Below, piece after piece: positions 28,130 through 41,866 of a stretch of 64,000 bases of DNA. Both the position numbers and the translations under genes were made by a program. Source of the DNA: Eledone cirrhosa (Eukaryota); NCBI GenBank assembly GCA_964016885.1, contig OZ024742.1, forward strand, positions 365,118,001 through 365,182,000, given 5' to 3'. The first letter of the stretch is position 1. Every line of letters begins with the position of its first letter. The notes beneath the pieces were generated by a model that was not told where the DNA came from, did no database searches, and saw only the letters and a list, made by a program, of their open reading frames with translations.

Positions 28130-29827
28130 CACACACATACACACATACAAATATATATATATATATAATAATTGTTTCTACAATAGGCACAAGGCCAGCA
28201 ATTAACCAATGTATTACTGGTACTTTATTTTATCGATATAATAATATTAATAGAAGGACGATTTTTGAGCCTTCATTACGTTTATCGATTGGTGATGCGC
28301 GTTATACTCCCCGGATATATATATAAAATCTTAGAGCTTATTTTGCGGGTGATATGGCGCATGTCTTTCTGGCATGACACCCATAATTTTAATTTAGATT
28401 AAATTCATTTGATTTATCTTAATTTTGGATATAGATATATATGTATATATATATGCGTGTGTGTTTGTGTGTGTGCGTGTGTGTGTGTGTGCCTATGTGT
28501 ATGTGGCTACATATACCCAGGCAGAGACATACAATTCATAAAGTGAATCAAATATAGTGACTCCACATAGAAACATTTATTTAAATAAGCTAATGACTAT
28601 AATAGTATAAATATCTATTTTATATAGAACTTTATATAGTGCTATCTTTAAATGTTCGAATATTGATTTATCACTAAAGCATATTAAACACTATTATATA
28701 TATTGGTGACTATACTATTAAAGAATTTGGAACATTGATACCTGCATTATTTACATCATTAGCAGCACATAGGAAGTGAAGTAGCGCTTAATTGGAAACG
28801 AAACCGCCTCATACAGCTTCTGTAATGAGATCTTATATCATGCTCCATTGCACTTATTTCAATCATGCCGAGAATATATGAGAACTATCGTCCTCAAAGA
28901 GAATGTGACGAAATCAAATCTAATTTAAGCCATTAGTTACCATATTCCTTATTAAATACACTGTTCCCCCTCTCATTTGATATGTTTCTCTCTTTCATTA
29001 CTAAATTTCTCATTAATGTAATTGATTAGGATTTTCAAATAATTTTTCAAAAAAATATCCAATATTTATAAATATAAATTTTTATTTTCACTTTAAAATG
29101 TAGTTTATTATTAAAACTCATAAACAAATTTATATCTATTAACAAAACACTACAGATAGTTAAAAACGGAAAAGGAAGGGTGGGGCAAGGACTCTGGGGT
29201 AAGAGGAGAAGAGGGGGGGCTCTAGACCTAGGTTTCTGCAGTGTTGGGGCTGCGCCCTGCGGACAATAGCTAGCCACACTCGCTGCAACAACCAACCCCC
29301 CTCACGAGGCTCCTTCCTCAGTCGTATTGCTGACGTTGCAATCTTGCGTAATCTTTCAATTTACAGCTGGTGTTTGGAATTTACCTACATAATATAATGT
29401 TGGAAGCTATTTAGATAAATGTAAACATTCTTAAATAAACCGGGGCGATTGTAGTCGATTTGGTATCAAAAGTGTTAATGGAAGGGAAACATCATACAAT
29501 TTACTTGGTGAGATGTGGCGATGTGCTCCATTACACAGAGTTCAGTCAAGCGAATCTATTTAAATACCAACATCGTGTACAATATTCGTTTTAATCGAAT
29601 TTGAATGAAATTTATCCAAGTCGCTGCCTACTTTAAAAACGAAAAACGAATCGATAATTTGAAAGGATTTAGCATTATAACTAACTTTCTAGTTATTAAA
29701 CTATTGTTTCAAATATAACTTAAATGTTCTTACATAAATTATGATGGAATTTTTTTTAGATAAATATAAATACGATAAAAGAATTATCTTTGTTTCGTAG
29801 AACCAAGGGCGGATTGACGCGAAACCA

Positions 29828-29898
29828 TACCCTAACCCCAATCCTAACCCTAACCCCAACCCTAACCCTAACCCCAACCCCAACCCTAACCCTATCCC
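29828..29898 (+). repeat. Degenerate (CCCTAA)n interstitial telomere-like repeat, ~11 units
   Basis: CCCTAA/CCCCAA hexamers. Confidence 0.8.
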
Positions 29899-30282
29899 AT
29901 ACTATAAACTTTGTCAATTATATGTCATATTTTGGTCTATTACACACCTTTCATTCAAGAGTAAAGATATGAAGAAACTAAAGCTTGGCACTTCATTCGA
30001 ATTTAAATAAAACTTAATACCATTTTTAAAAAGAGCATATCTACTATTTGATGTAGTCGATCACACCGAGCTTATTTTATCGATCTAATCTATAAGACAC
30101 CGAACACACGACAGACTGACCCAGAACAGTGTGGTGGTTATGTGAAATCTGTAACCACAGTGCGTTTTAATATGCTAGAGATATTTTACTTGATTCCTTC
30201 AACTATTATTAGTTATCAACTATTGATATAGATGTCTAAATTGCGACCACTATATTTTCATCTCCCCAATTTGCCGAGGTTT

Positions 30283-32265
30283 CACTGGTCAACAAAAAAT
30301 ATTCATTTCATGGTTCTGGTATAATTTAGTATGATTCTAGGGTAACCAAGTGTGCAGAATCTGAATATGACAACGGTTAAGCTGTATCGGGTCTAGTTTT
30401 CAAGAACCAACATATCCATGTTTATGACCCATAGCTATGTGGCTCATATTACTTCATCCAATTGTATCCACTATATTTAGTTGTTAACTAATTTATATTT
30501 ACTGCTTTTGTTTTAGATCACAGAATTGTAACTATCCTCAGCTATTCTTGGATAATTCACAACAACTTTGACTAGTGGGAGAGATGGAACGGCGGAAATG
30601 TGTAAATGACCCGGGCCGATTTTGCTATATTTGTAGACTCTTTACCCCAGAAAGCATAAAGAAACCAATCACAAAAGCAGTTCGAGGAAACTACAAATGC
30701 TACTTCAAATGTCCATTAGGAGACCAGGACAAGAAATGGGCGCCTCATATAGCGTGTAGGTCATGTGTTAATCACATAAGTGAATGGAAGAATGGGAAAC
30801 GAAGCTCTGGTTTGCCATTTGCCGTACCAATGGTGTGGCGAGAACCAAAAGACCACAATAACGATTGTTACTTCTGCCATATAAACATCCAAGGAATAAC
30901 TGTGAAGACACGAACTACACTTCAATACCCAGATATCTCGTCAGCAATACGACCAGTGCCTGACAGGGACGAATTACCTGTTCCAGTTCCACCTGCTGAA
31001 CACGAGTTAATCTCTGATTCTGATTCCAGTAGCACCCCTATTGATGATGACTCTCAAGACGAACATGAGACAAGTGAACCCATACCATTTAACCAGGAAG
31101 CTCTTCACGATCTCATTAAAGACCTACATTTGTCTAAAGAAAAGGCAGAGCTCCTGGGATCAAGACTGAAGCAACGAAACCTGCTGGAACCTGGCGTCCG
31201 CATTACAACCGCTCGTCATCGTCATAAACAACTTAATTAGTCTACTTCTAGGTCTTCAGACTGGTTACACAAAGTATATGTGTATTCTATGTTTGTGGAA
31301 TAGTAGAGCAGATGCGGAGCACTACATGAAGAAGGATTGGCCAACAAGACCAAAGGATGCACCCGTAGATTCAACTGTTTGTACAAACCTTTCGTGGAAA
31401 AAGTATTCCTCCCTCCATTACATCTCAAATTAGGCTTGGCCAAAAACTTTATTAAAAGCATGGATCATACAGGTAATGGGTTTCAGTACTTGTGTAAGAA
31501 ATTGGGTAGAGTGGTATCTGAAGCAAAGTTAAAAGCAGGGGTTTTGAACGGTCCTCAGATTCGTATGCTGGTTAATGATAGTGAGTTTACGAAAACACTA
31601 AACCCTTTGGAGACTAATGCATGGAAATCATTTGTAGATGTGACACAGAACCTTCTTGGAAACCACCGTGCAGACAACTATAAATAAATTGTTGAAACCA
31701 TGATACAAAATTATCGCGCTCTGGGTTCACGAATATCGATGAAGCTTTATTTCTTCCATTCTCATCTGGATTTCTTCCCAAGTAATCTAGGAGACATCCG
31801 TGATGAACATGGAGAGAGAGGTTTCACCAGGTTTCATAGTGGAGAGTAGATATCAGGATCGGTTCAATCCCAACATGATGGGCGACTACTGCTGGACACT
31901 GCAACGTGAGGAGAGTCAGCAAAACAAGCGTAAAAGCAAAATCCAGAAATTTGTTTAGAAATGTTTTGAAATATTTTGCTACGTTCAGAATGTTGTTCAG
32001 AAATGTTTTGTTAATATACTAAGTGTTAAAAAAATAAATAAAAATATGTTTATATATTTTTATTAATAAGTTAATATGTTTATACCTAAGTCATTATATG
32101 TTACACAATGGATAAATAATGCAATACGAGGAACATATTTTCGATCTGATATTAAGGTATTCTGGTCCGATAGCAAAAAATTATTATCAAAACTGAATTT
32201 AGTGCTATGAAATTAGTAAGATGCACATATTCACATGTAAGAACCATTTTGGCTGTTGACCAGTG
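30283..32265 (+). mobile_element. Chapaev3-like (CMC superfamily) DNA transposon, internally deleted
   Basis: TIR CACTGGTCAACA (30283-30294) / TGTTGACCAGTG (32254-32265); flanks TTT / TTA; transposase fragments inside. Confidence 0.75.
30575..31958 (+). pseudogene. Disrupted transposase (Chapaev3-like)
   Basis: FCYIC, LGDQDKKWAPH..C..C, PMVWREP..H..DCYFC, LPPLHLKLGL, GPQIR, DEHGER, MMGDYCW; stops, frameshifts and a central deletion. Confidence 0.8.
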
Positions 32266-32283
32266 TTATAAACCATATTCAGT

Positions 32284-34420
32284 TTGGGTATATTCATCAT
32301 GCAGAAACAACATCTGAATATTTCTACAAAGAAGATACCCGTACCAAGCAGGAAAACATACCTAAAACTCCTGATACAGAAAACAGACGCGTTCATTAAA
32401 AGGTTGCGTTGGCGTGCCTTTTATTTCGATAATCTGCGAAAAGCAGACAACAAACAGGATAAATTTGGATTTAAAACCTATAATAACCCTCCGTGGAACC
32501 CAGCATTGCTACCCTTCGAAAATGATGTCTTGGAACTCATTCGGAGTATCAAATTTCGGAATAGGAGCAATTCCTTCCAGCAAGACCTGAAGAATAGAAT
32601 TCGTTCTATTAAGGATTCTAACGCCGTGCACGTCCACTCCGACAAAACTGGTAACCTATATCAAGTGGAGCGCAGTACTTACCATCAACTACTACATAAT
32701 GCTGTAACTAAGGATTACCGTAAAACTAATCGGTGTGTCATCAATGAAATCAACGATGCTGGGTTTAAAATCACATCTGATCTCAACATCCTGAACCGGA
32801 CCGAACCTCTGGACCCTATCTCTCCCCACTTTACCCTGAAGGATCACAAATCCAATTTTCCGAACAACCCCTCTATTCGGCTTATTAACCCTACGAAGTC
32901 CGATTTAGGTAGACTTAGTAAAACGATTCTTGATAGAATTATACCTGAAATTAGAAGTTTGGTCCCTCTCGCACTGTGGAACAATTCTTTCGCGGTGATT
33001 GATTTGTTCAACGGCATATGTAACAAGGAACATTGCCGTTTTATCCAATTCGACATCAACAATTACTACTCCTCCATCACTTTACCACTTCTCCTTAGAG
33101 CTATCAATTTCGCTAAAACACTCACAGTGGTTAAGGATTTCGAAGTCGATGTCATCCTTAATGCCCGAAAGTCGGTGATTAATTTCGACGACTCTATTTG
33201 GATTAAAAAATCCAATAGTACCCCATTCGACGTGAGTATGGGCGCCAGTGACTCTGCGGAGGTTACTGATCTTATTGGCCTTTTCCTTCTTTTCTCTATC
33301 AAAGACGAATTCCCCAACGCGGGCGGTGGTTTGTACCGTGACGATGGTGTTTTGACCATGACTAAGTGCGGACCTCGTGCTTGCGACATGTTCAGAAAAG
33401 AACTCACAGCCTTCTTTAAAGGCTTCAACCTCTCTATACAGGTTGAGGCCAATCTCTCAGTCGTTAATTACCTCGACGTTACCCTCAATTTATTAAATGG
33501 GTTGTATTACCCGTATAGAAAGCCGAATGATACGCTTAATTACATAAGTAAGCATTCCAACCATCCTGCCAGCATAACCAAGAACCTGGTAAAAGACTTT
33601 TCTTTGAGGCTTTCCCGTCTTTCCACCAACGAGCGCATTTTCAACGACCATTCCACTTATTACAATGAAGCTCTTACTCGAAGTGGATTTGTCGATAACT
33701 TAGCATATACAGAGTACGAAAATAGACCTAGAAGAAATAGATCCCGTCGCATTTGTTGGTTTAACCCACCATATAATATGGAGGTGGCCACACCATTAGC
33801 TAAGATCTTTCTTTCCCTTATTATGAAGCATTTTCCCCCTACACATAAATATAGTAAACATTTTTAATAGAAATACTATTAACATTTCTTACTCTACGAC
33901 TCCTAACCTTGCACATAACATCACAGCTTCAAATTTAGCTAAACTACCTAGCCGTAGGAACACGTGCAACCCTGTAGTTAGTACTAACTGTAATTATAGG
34001 AATCGGGCTGATTGCTCCCTATCCGGGAAATGCCTCTCTAGTAACATTGTCTACAAATGTAAGGTTGTAACACCCACGTCCCGTAGGGCCTACATAGGGT
34101 TAACCGCCAATAGTTTCAAGCAGCGTCTTTACATGCATACCCATTCTTTTCGTTACCCTCTAAGAAGGAATATGACGTCACTTTCAGCTTATATCTGGAG
34201 TCTAAAAGACAACCACACCCAATATAAGTTACACTGGGAGATCCTAGCTAGGGCTAGATCGTATAACGGAAATAAAAGACCATGTGACCTCTGCGCCGCT
34301 GAGGCCCTGGAAATACTCTACTCCACAGACCACATCTTAAACAAAAAATCTGAGGCAATTTCGGTTGTAAACATAAATTGCACAAAACTTTCCTGTATTA
34401 CAGCCCCACGTTATACCCTA
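32284..34420 (+). pseudogene. Near full-length Naiad-like PLE ORF (RT + GIY-YIG), frameshifted at ~33865
   Basis: STKKIP..S..YLK.LI.K, RLRW, TLKDHK, RLINP, FDINNYY, SMGA.DSAE..DL.G, GLYRDDG, WFNPPY; next frame NIVYKC..YIGLT, CDLC, LNKKSE. Confidence 0.9.
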
Positions 34421-35356
34421 ACGGATAGCACGATCTATACGTGGATATTTTACGTCTTGATGTGAGAGCTAAGTATATGTTTTGTTTATTCCTTTACTTA
34501 TTTGCATAGGTAAGTATATATTACCCGTATGTTTTGTGAAGGTATGTATAACTTTTCGTACGTATATTTGACTGTTATGGCGTATACTTTTTACATATTC
34601 TGGTATTTAGGGTTTGGCTATGTGTATACGGGAGTTTTGCGTCTGCGTGAGTATGCAGGTTCGTACGTATGGTGGATGTGTGTATATGTGTACTTCTTGT
34701 TTTAGTTGACTTACGTCTCCGAACATTCGTGTATTTATTTGTAGGTATGTGTGTGCGCTTGTTATATATGTATTTATTTACTTATATACGTTTAAATAAT
34801 TATTTATTTATTTGTACACAAGCATACACACACACATATATATTTATATGTGCGTGGTTTTGTATACCTATGGTAAGGTTTTGCGTATGCTTGTGTATGT
34901 ACGTATCTGTTTGCGTGTATGTATTTATTTGTTTCTATTACTTCTGTATTGTATTTATTTACTTTGTTCTTAACTCTAGCGGAGATTCATTTGGTCTCCT
35001 AGTTAGAATTTTAGTCTACAACTTCTGCTATACCATTTACGTGGTTTTGTCTTTGCGTGCTATTGTTCTCCACGCTCCACATATGACTTATTATCTTCGT
35101 TTTTTCGTTCATTGCCAGAGAACGTCTCTATGCACCACCTAAGAGAACATTAGTCTACGACCTCTTTTATACCATAAACGTGGTTCTGTCTTTGCGCGTA
35201 ATTATTTTTCCACCGCTCCTATTAATGACGTTTATTCGTTTTTTCCCCTTCTTTGCCAGCGAACGTTACCACGAACCAAAGTATCGTCTTCCTGTCTTCC
35301 TCCGGTTGCAACGGTTTTTGAAATATCCACTTCTGCGTTTGCAGATTGACTTTGTT

Positions 35357-35407
35357 AGTTTCAGAAGATCCCGTTAAGGGTGAAAGCAGCGATTCTTTGC
35401 TAAAACT
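35357..35407 (+). ncRNA. Hammerhead-like motif with CAGAAGA core at the 3' end of the Naiad-like PLE
   Basis: AGTTT-CAGAAGA-T-CCC-GTTAA-GGG-T-GAAA-GCA(GCGATTCTT)TGC-TA|AAACT; all three stems pair. Confidence 0.75.
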
Positions 35408-35433
35408 TTAATCTGTTATTTTAATAAATATTT

Positions 35434-35545
35434 GTAGAGTGGGAAAGAAGAAAAAGTATGACCCCGACGGCAGAGCTCAAGCCGTTACGACGGCTATTTC
35501 TGCCGTCGAAACGGCTTGAGCTCTGCGGTCTAGGTCATACTTTTT

Positions 35546-35601
<56 letters not shown>

Positions 35602-35783
35602 AAACGAAGGAAACCAAGTGGACCATAACGCACCAAAGTACTCAATACTTAGGGTAGTAGAGTGGGTAATAGGAACGAGTAGGACCCCGAAGGCTGAGCT
35701 CAAGCCGTTTCGACGGCAAATTCTGGACTCAGAATTTGCCGTCGAAACGGCTTGAGCTCAGCCGTCGGGGTCCTACTCGTTCC
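35434..35783 (-). mobile_element. Two family P palindromic elements (35434-35548, 35603-35783)
   Basis: Same palindrome core and tail as 15613, separated by (TA)n. Confidence 0.85.
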
Positions 35784-35954
35784 TATATATATATATATAT
35801 ATATATATATTAAGAAACACACAGATACATGCGGACACACACATATATACATGAATGCATCCGCACCCAACTGTGAGTTAAGGGTGCCAACTTCACCGAT
35901 GTTGCTCAATGAATGACTGGGACAGACCAATTCAGTTTGAACCAGACTGAACCA

Positions 35955-35988
<34 letters not shown>

Positions 35989-36249
35989 ATTTTAGTACAG
36001 TATTAACGAAGGTTTAGATCGCGGCCAAGCTAACGATTGCAAATTCGATCTGTAGCTTTAGCACTCGGATGGGGAAAAGTACCCCAGAGTAATAACAACA
36101 CTTTTAGACAGCTTAGCAAATCAAATATAGCGATCGGCAGGCCAGCCGCATCACTAGAGCCACGAAAATACAGGACTCAGGAAAAGATTTTAATATATAT
36201 TAGAATATATATATATATATATTTATGTAATAAACGTATATATACAGTG

Positions 36250-37957
36250 ATGTTAATCCCCAACACACTATATCAGACATAACGTTTGGAGCCCCTGATG
36301 TCATAGCGGCAATAAACGAAATTAAACACAATTCAGCAGTAGGCCCTGACAGGTTCCCTGCTTGTGTCCTGAAGGTGTGTCGACACCAATTTGCATCTGC
36401 TCTTGCTAATCTGTGGAGGAACTCACTGGACACTGGCTATATTCCTGAAAATCATCTGTCCCAGTCCGTTTTCCCAGTCTTCAAAAAGGGAAATAAGTCC
36501 CTTGCAGTGAACTACCATCCGATCTCACTCACATCTCATATTATCAAGGTATTTGAGAGGGTGGTGAGATCACGAATAACCTACTTTCTTGAAAACAACT
36601 GCCTGCTGAACTCCAACCAACACGGATTCCGTAATGGAAGGGACTGCCTAACGCAGTTCCTGCATCACATTGACGATGTTTTGAGAGCCTTGGGAGAGGG
36701 CCCCAACACTGATGTCATCTACCTTGACTTCAGCAAGGCCACGACAGGGTTGATCATAAGATTCTAGTGAAAAAACTATCCAATGTTGGTGTCTCTGGAA
36801 GGTTACTACAGTGGATCAAATGTTTCCTGACAGGCAGATCCCAGCATGTTGTAGTCGAAGGAGTAAAATCAAGCTCTGCCAAAGTCAGCTGTGGCGTACC
36901 ACAAGGCATTGTGTTGGCCCACTTCTTTTCATCATCTACATTAATGACATTACTGTCATCATCAAGCACAGCAACATCGGAATCTTCGCAGAAGATTCCA
37001 AGCTCCAAAGGGTCATCAATGAGGTGGGTGACAGGACTTGCCTTCAATCAGACCTACTGGCTGTTATCCAATGGGCAGAAATGAATAATATGCTGTTGAA
37101 TGAGGATAAATTTGAATTAATCCACTTTGGAAAAAATTATGCTCTGAAACTACCATACTCTCTTCCTTCGGGTGAAACTCTAGTGGCATCCAATAACATC
37201 AGAGACCTGGGAGTAATTGTGGACAACAACATACGCTTGGCCACTCATATAAACAGCAAAGTTGATATGACCCGCAGAATGTGTTCCTGGATACTTAGAA
37301 CTTTACAGTCGAGAGATATCCATACTGTTATCCTTCTCTTCTCCACTTTTGCCCGACCCCACCTTGAATACTGTTGTCCACTGTGGTCACCCCACACGAA
37401 ACAAAGTATCATGAAAGTTGAAGCACCGCAAAGGTCAATTACAAAGAAGATAGAGGGCATGACAGGCCTTGACTATTGGAGTCGATTAGAAAAGCTCAAA
37501 CTTTATTCTCTCCAACGTCGCCGTGAGCGCTACATTATCTTCATGATGTGGAAAATATTCCAGCAGCTTTTCCCAAATGATGTTGGCATCACCTTTAGTG
37601 TACACCCAAGGTTGGGCCCCGTGCTATCCGCCCACGACAAAAGTCTCACTCGCATCACATAACAACAATACGGCACAATTATTTCACCTCAATTGGCCCT
37701 GCACTCCTTCACATTACACCAAGACATATCAAAGCAGAGACAGACCCCATCAAGTTCAAGAAGTCTTTGGATAAATTACTTCAAGAAATCCGGGATAAGC
37801 CTCCTACACCCGGATATGCCTCCGTAAACAATAACTCTCTGCTCGAGTGTGCCATGGTTCCAAAACACTGATTTGTAAGACTTCGCCAGGTGGTGCTATT
37901 AAGTTAGACATGGCCTGGGCCAATACTGGCCGAAACCTATCAAAGTTATCAAAGTTA
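36250..37957 (+). mobile_element. 5'-truncated CR1-group LINE, RT with frameshifts
   Basis: GPD, YHPISLTS, QHGFR.GR, DVIYLDFSKA, GVPQG, YINDI..FAED, RPHLEYC..LWSP, LYSLQRRRER; short ATCAAAGTT repeat tail. Confidence 0.85.
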
Positions 37958-38016
37958 TATATATATATATATAACCTTGATAACTTTGATATAAATATAT
38001 ATATATATATACATGT

Positions 38017-38100
<84 letters not shown>

Positions 38101-38104
<4 letters not shown>

Positions 38105-39870
38105 GTTGTGGCACGCCGCCCAGGCTTTGCCCTTCCTCTCAACCACATCATCTTCCGTATTCATAATCTTTGCTCCCAAATTCATGAAGTTCTCAACCAA
38201 TTCTAGCGGCTTCCCGCCTACATTAATGATCCTCTCTGGCTTCTCAACATTCTCTACCAGATATTTTGTTTTAGTCTCATTCATTCTCAGCCCCACACTC
38301 ATCGACACAGTCTCAACCTGCTGCATCAAATCTTTTTCCCCCTTCACTGTATTTGTCACCAAAACTATGTCGTCGGCAAATTCAGCATCCGATATCTTTT
38401 TCGCCTTAACTCTCCTGCTCTGAGCCGGTGCTTACAGTGAAGCCAGAGTCCTGGTGTTTCTCCAGTGCAAGGCGCATACAATAGTCCACTACGATGATAA
38501 AAAGATAGGGAGCCAATGTATCTCCCTGGAGCACTCCAGCCAGTATCTCAAAGAACTCTGTCATCCCATCAGGTGTAATGACTTGCGCTTTGGTGTTGGT
38601 GTAGAGCAGTGATATCAGGTCCACTATCTTCTTGGGGATTCCATAAGCCTGTAAGATCTTCATCAGGCAGTGACCGTCGACCGAATCAAAGGCCTTCCTA
38701 AAGTCAATGAAAACCATGACCGCAGGGAGGCACTTTGCTCTAGCTCCCTCTAATATCCTCCTCAGCATCAGGTTGTGACTGGTAGTTGATCTTCCCTCTC
38801 TGAAGCCGTTCTGGTTGTCCCTGAGCTTCTTCTCCATCGCAGGCTGGATCCTGTTAATAATCATCCTGTTGACGGTTTTTGCCACAAGTGATGTTAGTGA
38901 GATCCTCTGTAGTTGTTGGTGTTAGAGAGATCCCCCTTATTTGGCACTGGGACGATGTTACTGATCCTCCACTGATTCGGGGCAACTTCTTTCTCTGGTG
39001 CCTGGTTACAGAACGCCAGGATGATAGCATCAAAATCACACCTCTTCATCACCTCTGATGCCACTCCATCTTCTCCATGAGCCGTGTTCTTCTTGATCTT
39101 CTTCTTGGCTCTCTGAAGCTCCTCTCTGGTGAAGGGCTCTGTCTCAATATCCAGTTCTTCAAACAGCCGTCTGATCTCCCCAATGCTCTGGGCTGTGGAG
39201 GGCGGCTCTCCTAGTAGGGTCCTAAAATGGTCTAGTCATTTCTTCTTCCTATCCTCGAGCCTGTTCTCTGGATCTGACTCGAACACTTTCTCTTCCTCTC
39301 TGTGATCTCGTTGATGATCAGCCAGCTCTCCTTACATCCAGACCTCTCAACCGCTCTCTCCACACTTCTGATCTTCTCTATCAGTGCCTCCTCTCTGGCC
39401 TCAGTGTAAGCGGTACAGAGTTCTTCCCTCATCACCTCCACAGTCTCCATCCTCTCTTCCGTAGGATCAGCATAGAATTGGTCCCTGGCAGCTTTCAGGT
39501 GTTCTCTGGCTGCACACACTATTGGGTCTGCAGAGCTGTCGTGCTTCCTTTGGTTCTTTCTCCTCGGCACCAAGGTCTCACTTGCTTCCGCCACTGCATT
39601 GGTGAAGTGCCCGTACCTCCTTGTCACACTCTCCTCAGTCCATCCAATCTCTCTCTCCTCTGTCTCTCCACACACGTTGAACCTGTTCCTCACTTCCACT
39701 GTGAACCTCTCCTGTAGCTTATCATCCTCCTTGAAAGCTCCCCAGTCATAGATAGCTCTCTATTGTCGGTTGGATTATAGGCTGAGATGACTGTCAGTCT
39801 TGGGTTTCAATTGAAGGTCACCCTCAACACTCGCGGGAGGACAGGTATTATTTCCCTCACCAATAGACTG
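38101..39870 (-). mobile_element. RTE-like LINE, inverted upstream segment (APE remnant + RT), decayed
   Basis: TVISAYNPT, RGISL, QNGFREGRST, FIDFRKAFDSV, GVLQGDTLAP, EFADD, ends at WAACHNM. Confidence 0.85.
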
Positions 39871-40335
39871 GTGAGATCGGTGTGGAAGTCGGACCTTCGT
39901 AAAGACCTGAAAATACGCCTCTTCATTGCTGTAGTGGAGTCTGTGCTGCTGTATGGGTCTGAGACTTGGACACTGACCAAGAAACTCACTCAGATGGTGG
40001 ATGGGTGCTACACAAGAATGCTGAGGATGGCTCTGAACATTAATCAGTATACACTAAGGATGAAAAACTCAGAGTTGTATGGGAGCCTCCCAAAAGTCAG
40101 CTCAAAAGTGACACAGAGGAGACTGAGGTTAGCTGAACATGTTCACTGGCACCCAGAGTTTACATTGAACTCAGTGCTCCTGTGGGAGCCCCTACATGGA
40201 CACACTGGAAGAGGAAGACCAAGGTTAACGTATGCTGATGCCCTAAGGACAGACACTGGTCTGATGGAGACGCAGGACATGGCAACGTTAATGAGGGACA
40301 GAGACCGCTGGAGAGAACTCCTCCATGGATCGGGA
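39871..40335 (+). mobile_element. RTE-like LINE, 3' segment in forward orientation
   Basis: RSVWKS..LKIRLF..VESVLLYGSETWTLT, RRLRLAEH, GRGRP, RDRWR. Confidence 0.85.
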
Positions 40336-41339
40336 ATTTTACTCGCCCTATATATAGATATATATATATAGGAAAATGTTTGGCCCGACATTTGCCTATT
40401 ACCCACTCTACTACCCTAAGTATTGAGTACTCTAGTGCGTTATGGTCCATCTGGTTCCTCACCACACCTCCTTTTATGAATCTCTCCACCTTCCTCATTA
40501 AACACCTCCTCTCTTTCTCTCTCTCTCGCTCTCTCTTTCTATTTCTCTCTCTCTCGCGCGCTCTCTCTCTCTCTCTCTCTCTGTAGGTCTGAAAAAGGAA
40601 ATGATTGCTTAATCTGTCAGAGAGCTATATTATATTATTTACGTCCATACAAGGAATACAAGCGCTACCGAACAAAATCCAACTCTTAGTTAAATGGAAA
40701 TACTAAGCATATTCAACGGATTTTCAAACACCTTAATTTGATTTCTATACTTTCTTAATAGTTTTATTTCTGTTTCGACACTTACATAATACAGTACACC
40801 GTCTATAGTTCTCTTAGCCATACCTTAATAAATATTACCTTCTCTTATCACATACCAACACATAATACCATACATCTGTCATACCCCAAAAATACTAACA
40901 CGTATTCAACTTCGCTATTTCAAATGTTCTCTAAACTAGTGTTGTAGCACGCTATACTTTTAACGCTATCATATAGACTTGTATAAGCCCCCAAAGAATA
41001 TATGTTAGTGTCGTACCTATGTATGTATATATAGATATGAATGCTATTGCAGGCATGTGTATATATACATAAATAGGCAAATAGAGGATAAATCTAAATC
41101 TGTATACATACAGAAGAGAAGTAATCGAGACTAACTAAATATGTATATACATTTACATATTTATACATTATAATTTGTATGCAAGGTCCCGTAACTGGTG
41201 AGGGGTTCCTAGGGACGCTTAACTGACATAAGGAGTTTCTAGGGAATGTTTTAAGCCTGGCGGAGCCTATCTCCTCTCTACGTCTGAATACAGCTCATTT
41301 CTTCCAATAGAGAGTGAGAAAAAGGAAGTGGAAGAAATA

Positions 41340-41490
41340 TAGAGGATGAGCCGACCCCGGTATTAGGCTGGTACCTTTTCCATCGACCTCGAATGGATGA
41401 AAGGGAAAGTTGTACTTTGTGGGATTTGAACTCAGAGAGACAAGAGCCTGAGCGAATACAGCGAACCATTCTAACCGACGTGATAACGAA
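41340..41490 (-). mobile_element. Decayed tRNA-derived SINE
   Basis: Plus strand CTGGTAC..ATCGACCTCGAATGGATGAAAGG...GGGATTTGAACTCAG (B box on minus). Confidence 0.65.
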
Positions 41491-41866
41491 CCTGTATATC
41501 TACAGGCATATTATCATATAAGTTGGCTGTTTAGCATACAAGAAAATATATATTTTAATTTCCGTTCCAAAATGGCCGCAAATATTATGCAAATTAGGAC
41601 GACCGGTTTCAGGATTCAACTATAAAAGAGAGTTTATATTAGACACTCATTTATGGATTGGATTGTGAGTATTTTGACAATATACATGGCTTCTGATAAA
41701 AGATAAACTAGATTTAGAAACCATTTAAATGTGTTTATTATTTGATTAACAGAGAATTACGTGTATTTCACATGTTTACATGTGAATATACTAGTTATCT
41801 GGGAATATATATATAAACACATTCACGTACACATATATACACATATATACGTCTTTAAGCTAACAG

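Noticed and set aside
28760-28782. TAGCAGCACATA resembling a miR-15/16 5' end
   Set aside because: Only ~12 nt match and no convincing precursor hairpin
29828-29898. True telomere or chromosome fusion site
   Set aside because: Short, degenerate, one orientation only
33980-34400. Selenocysteine-encoding Naiad (in-frame TGA at GIY-YIG cysteines), also checked at 11800-12200
   Set aside because: The conserved Cys positions read TGT/TGC (one TAT); I found no in-frame TGA at those sites
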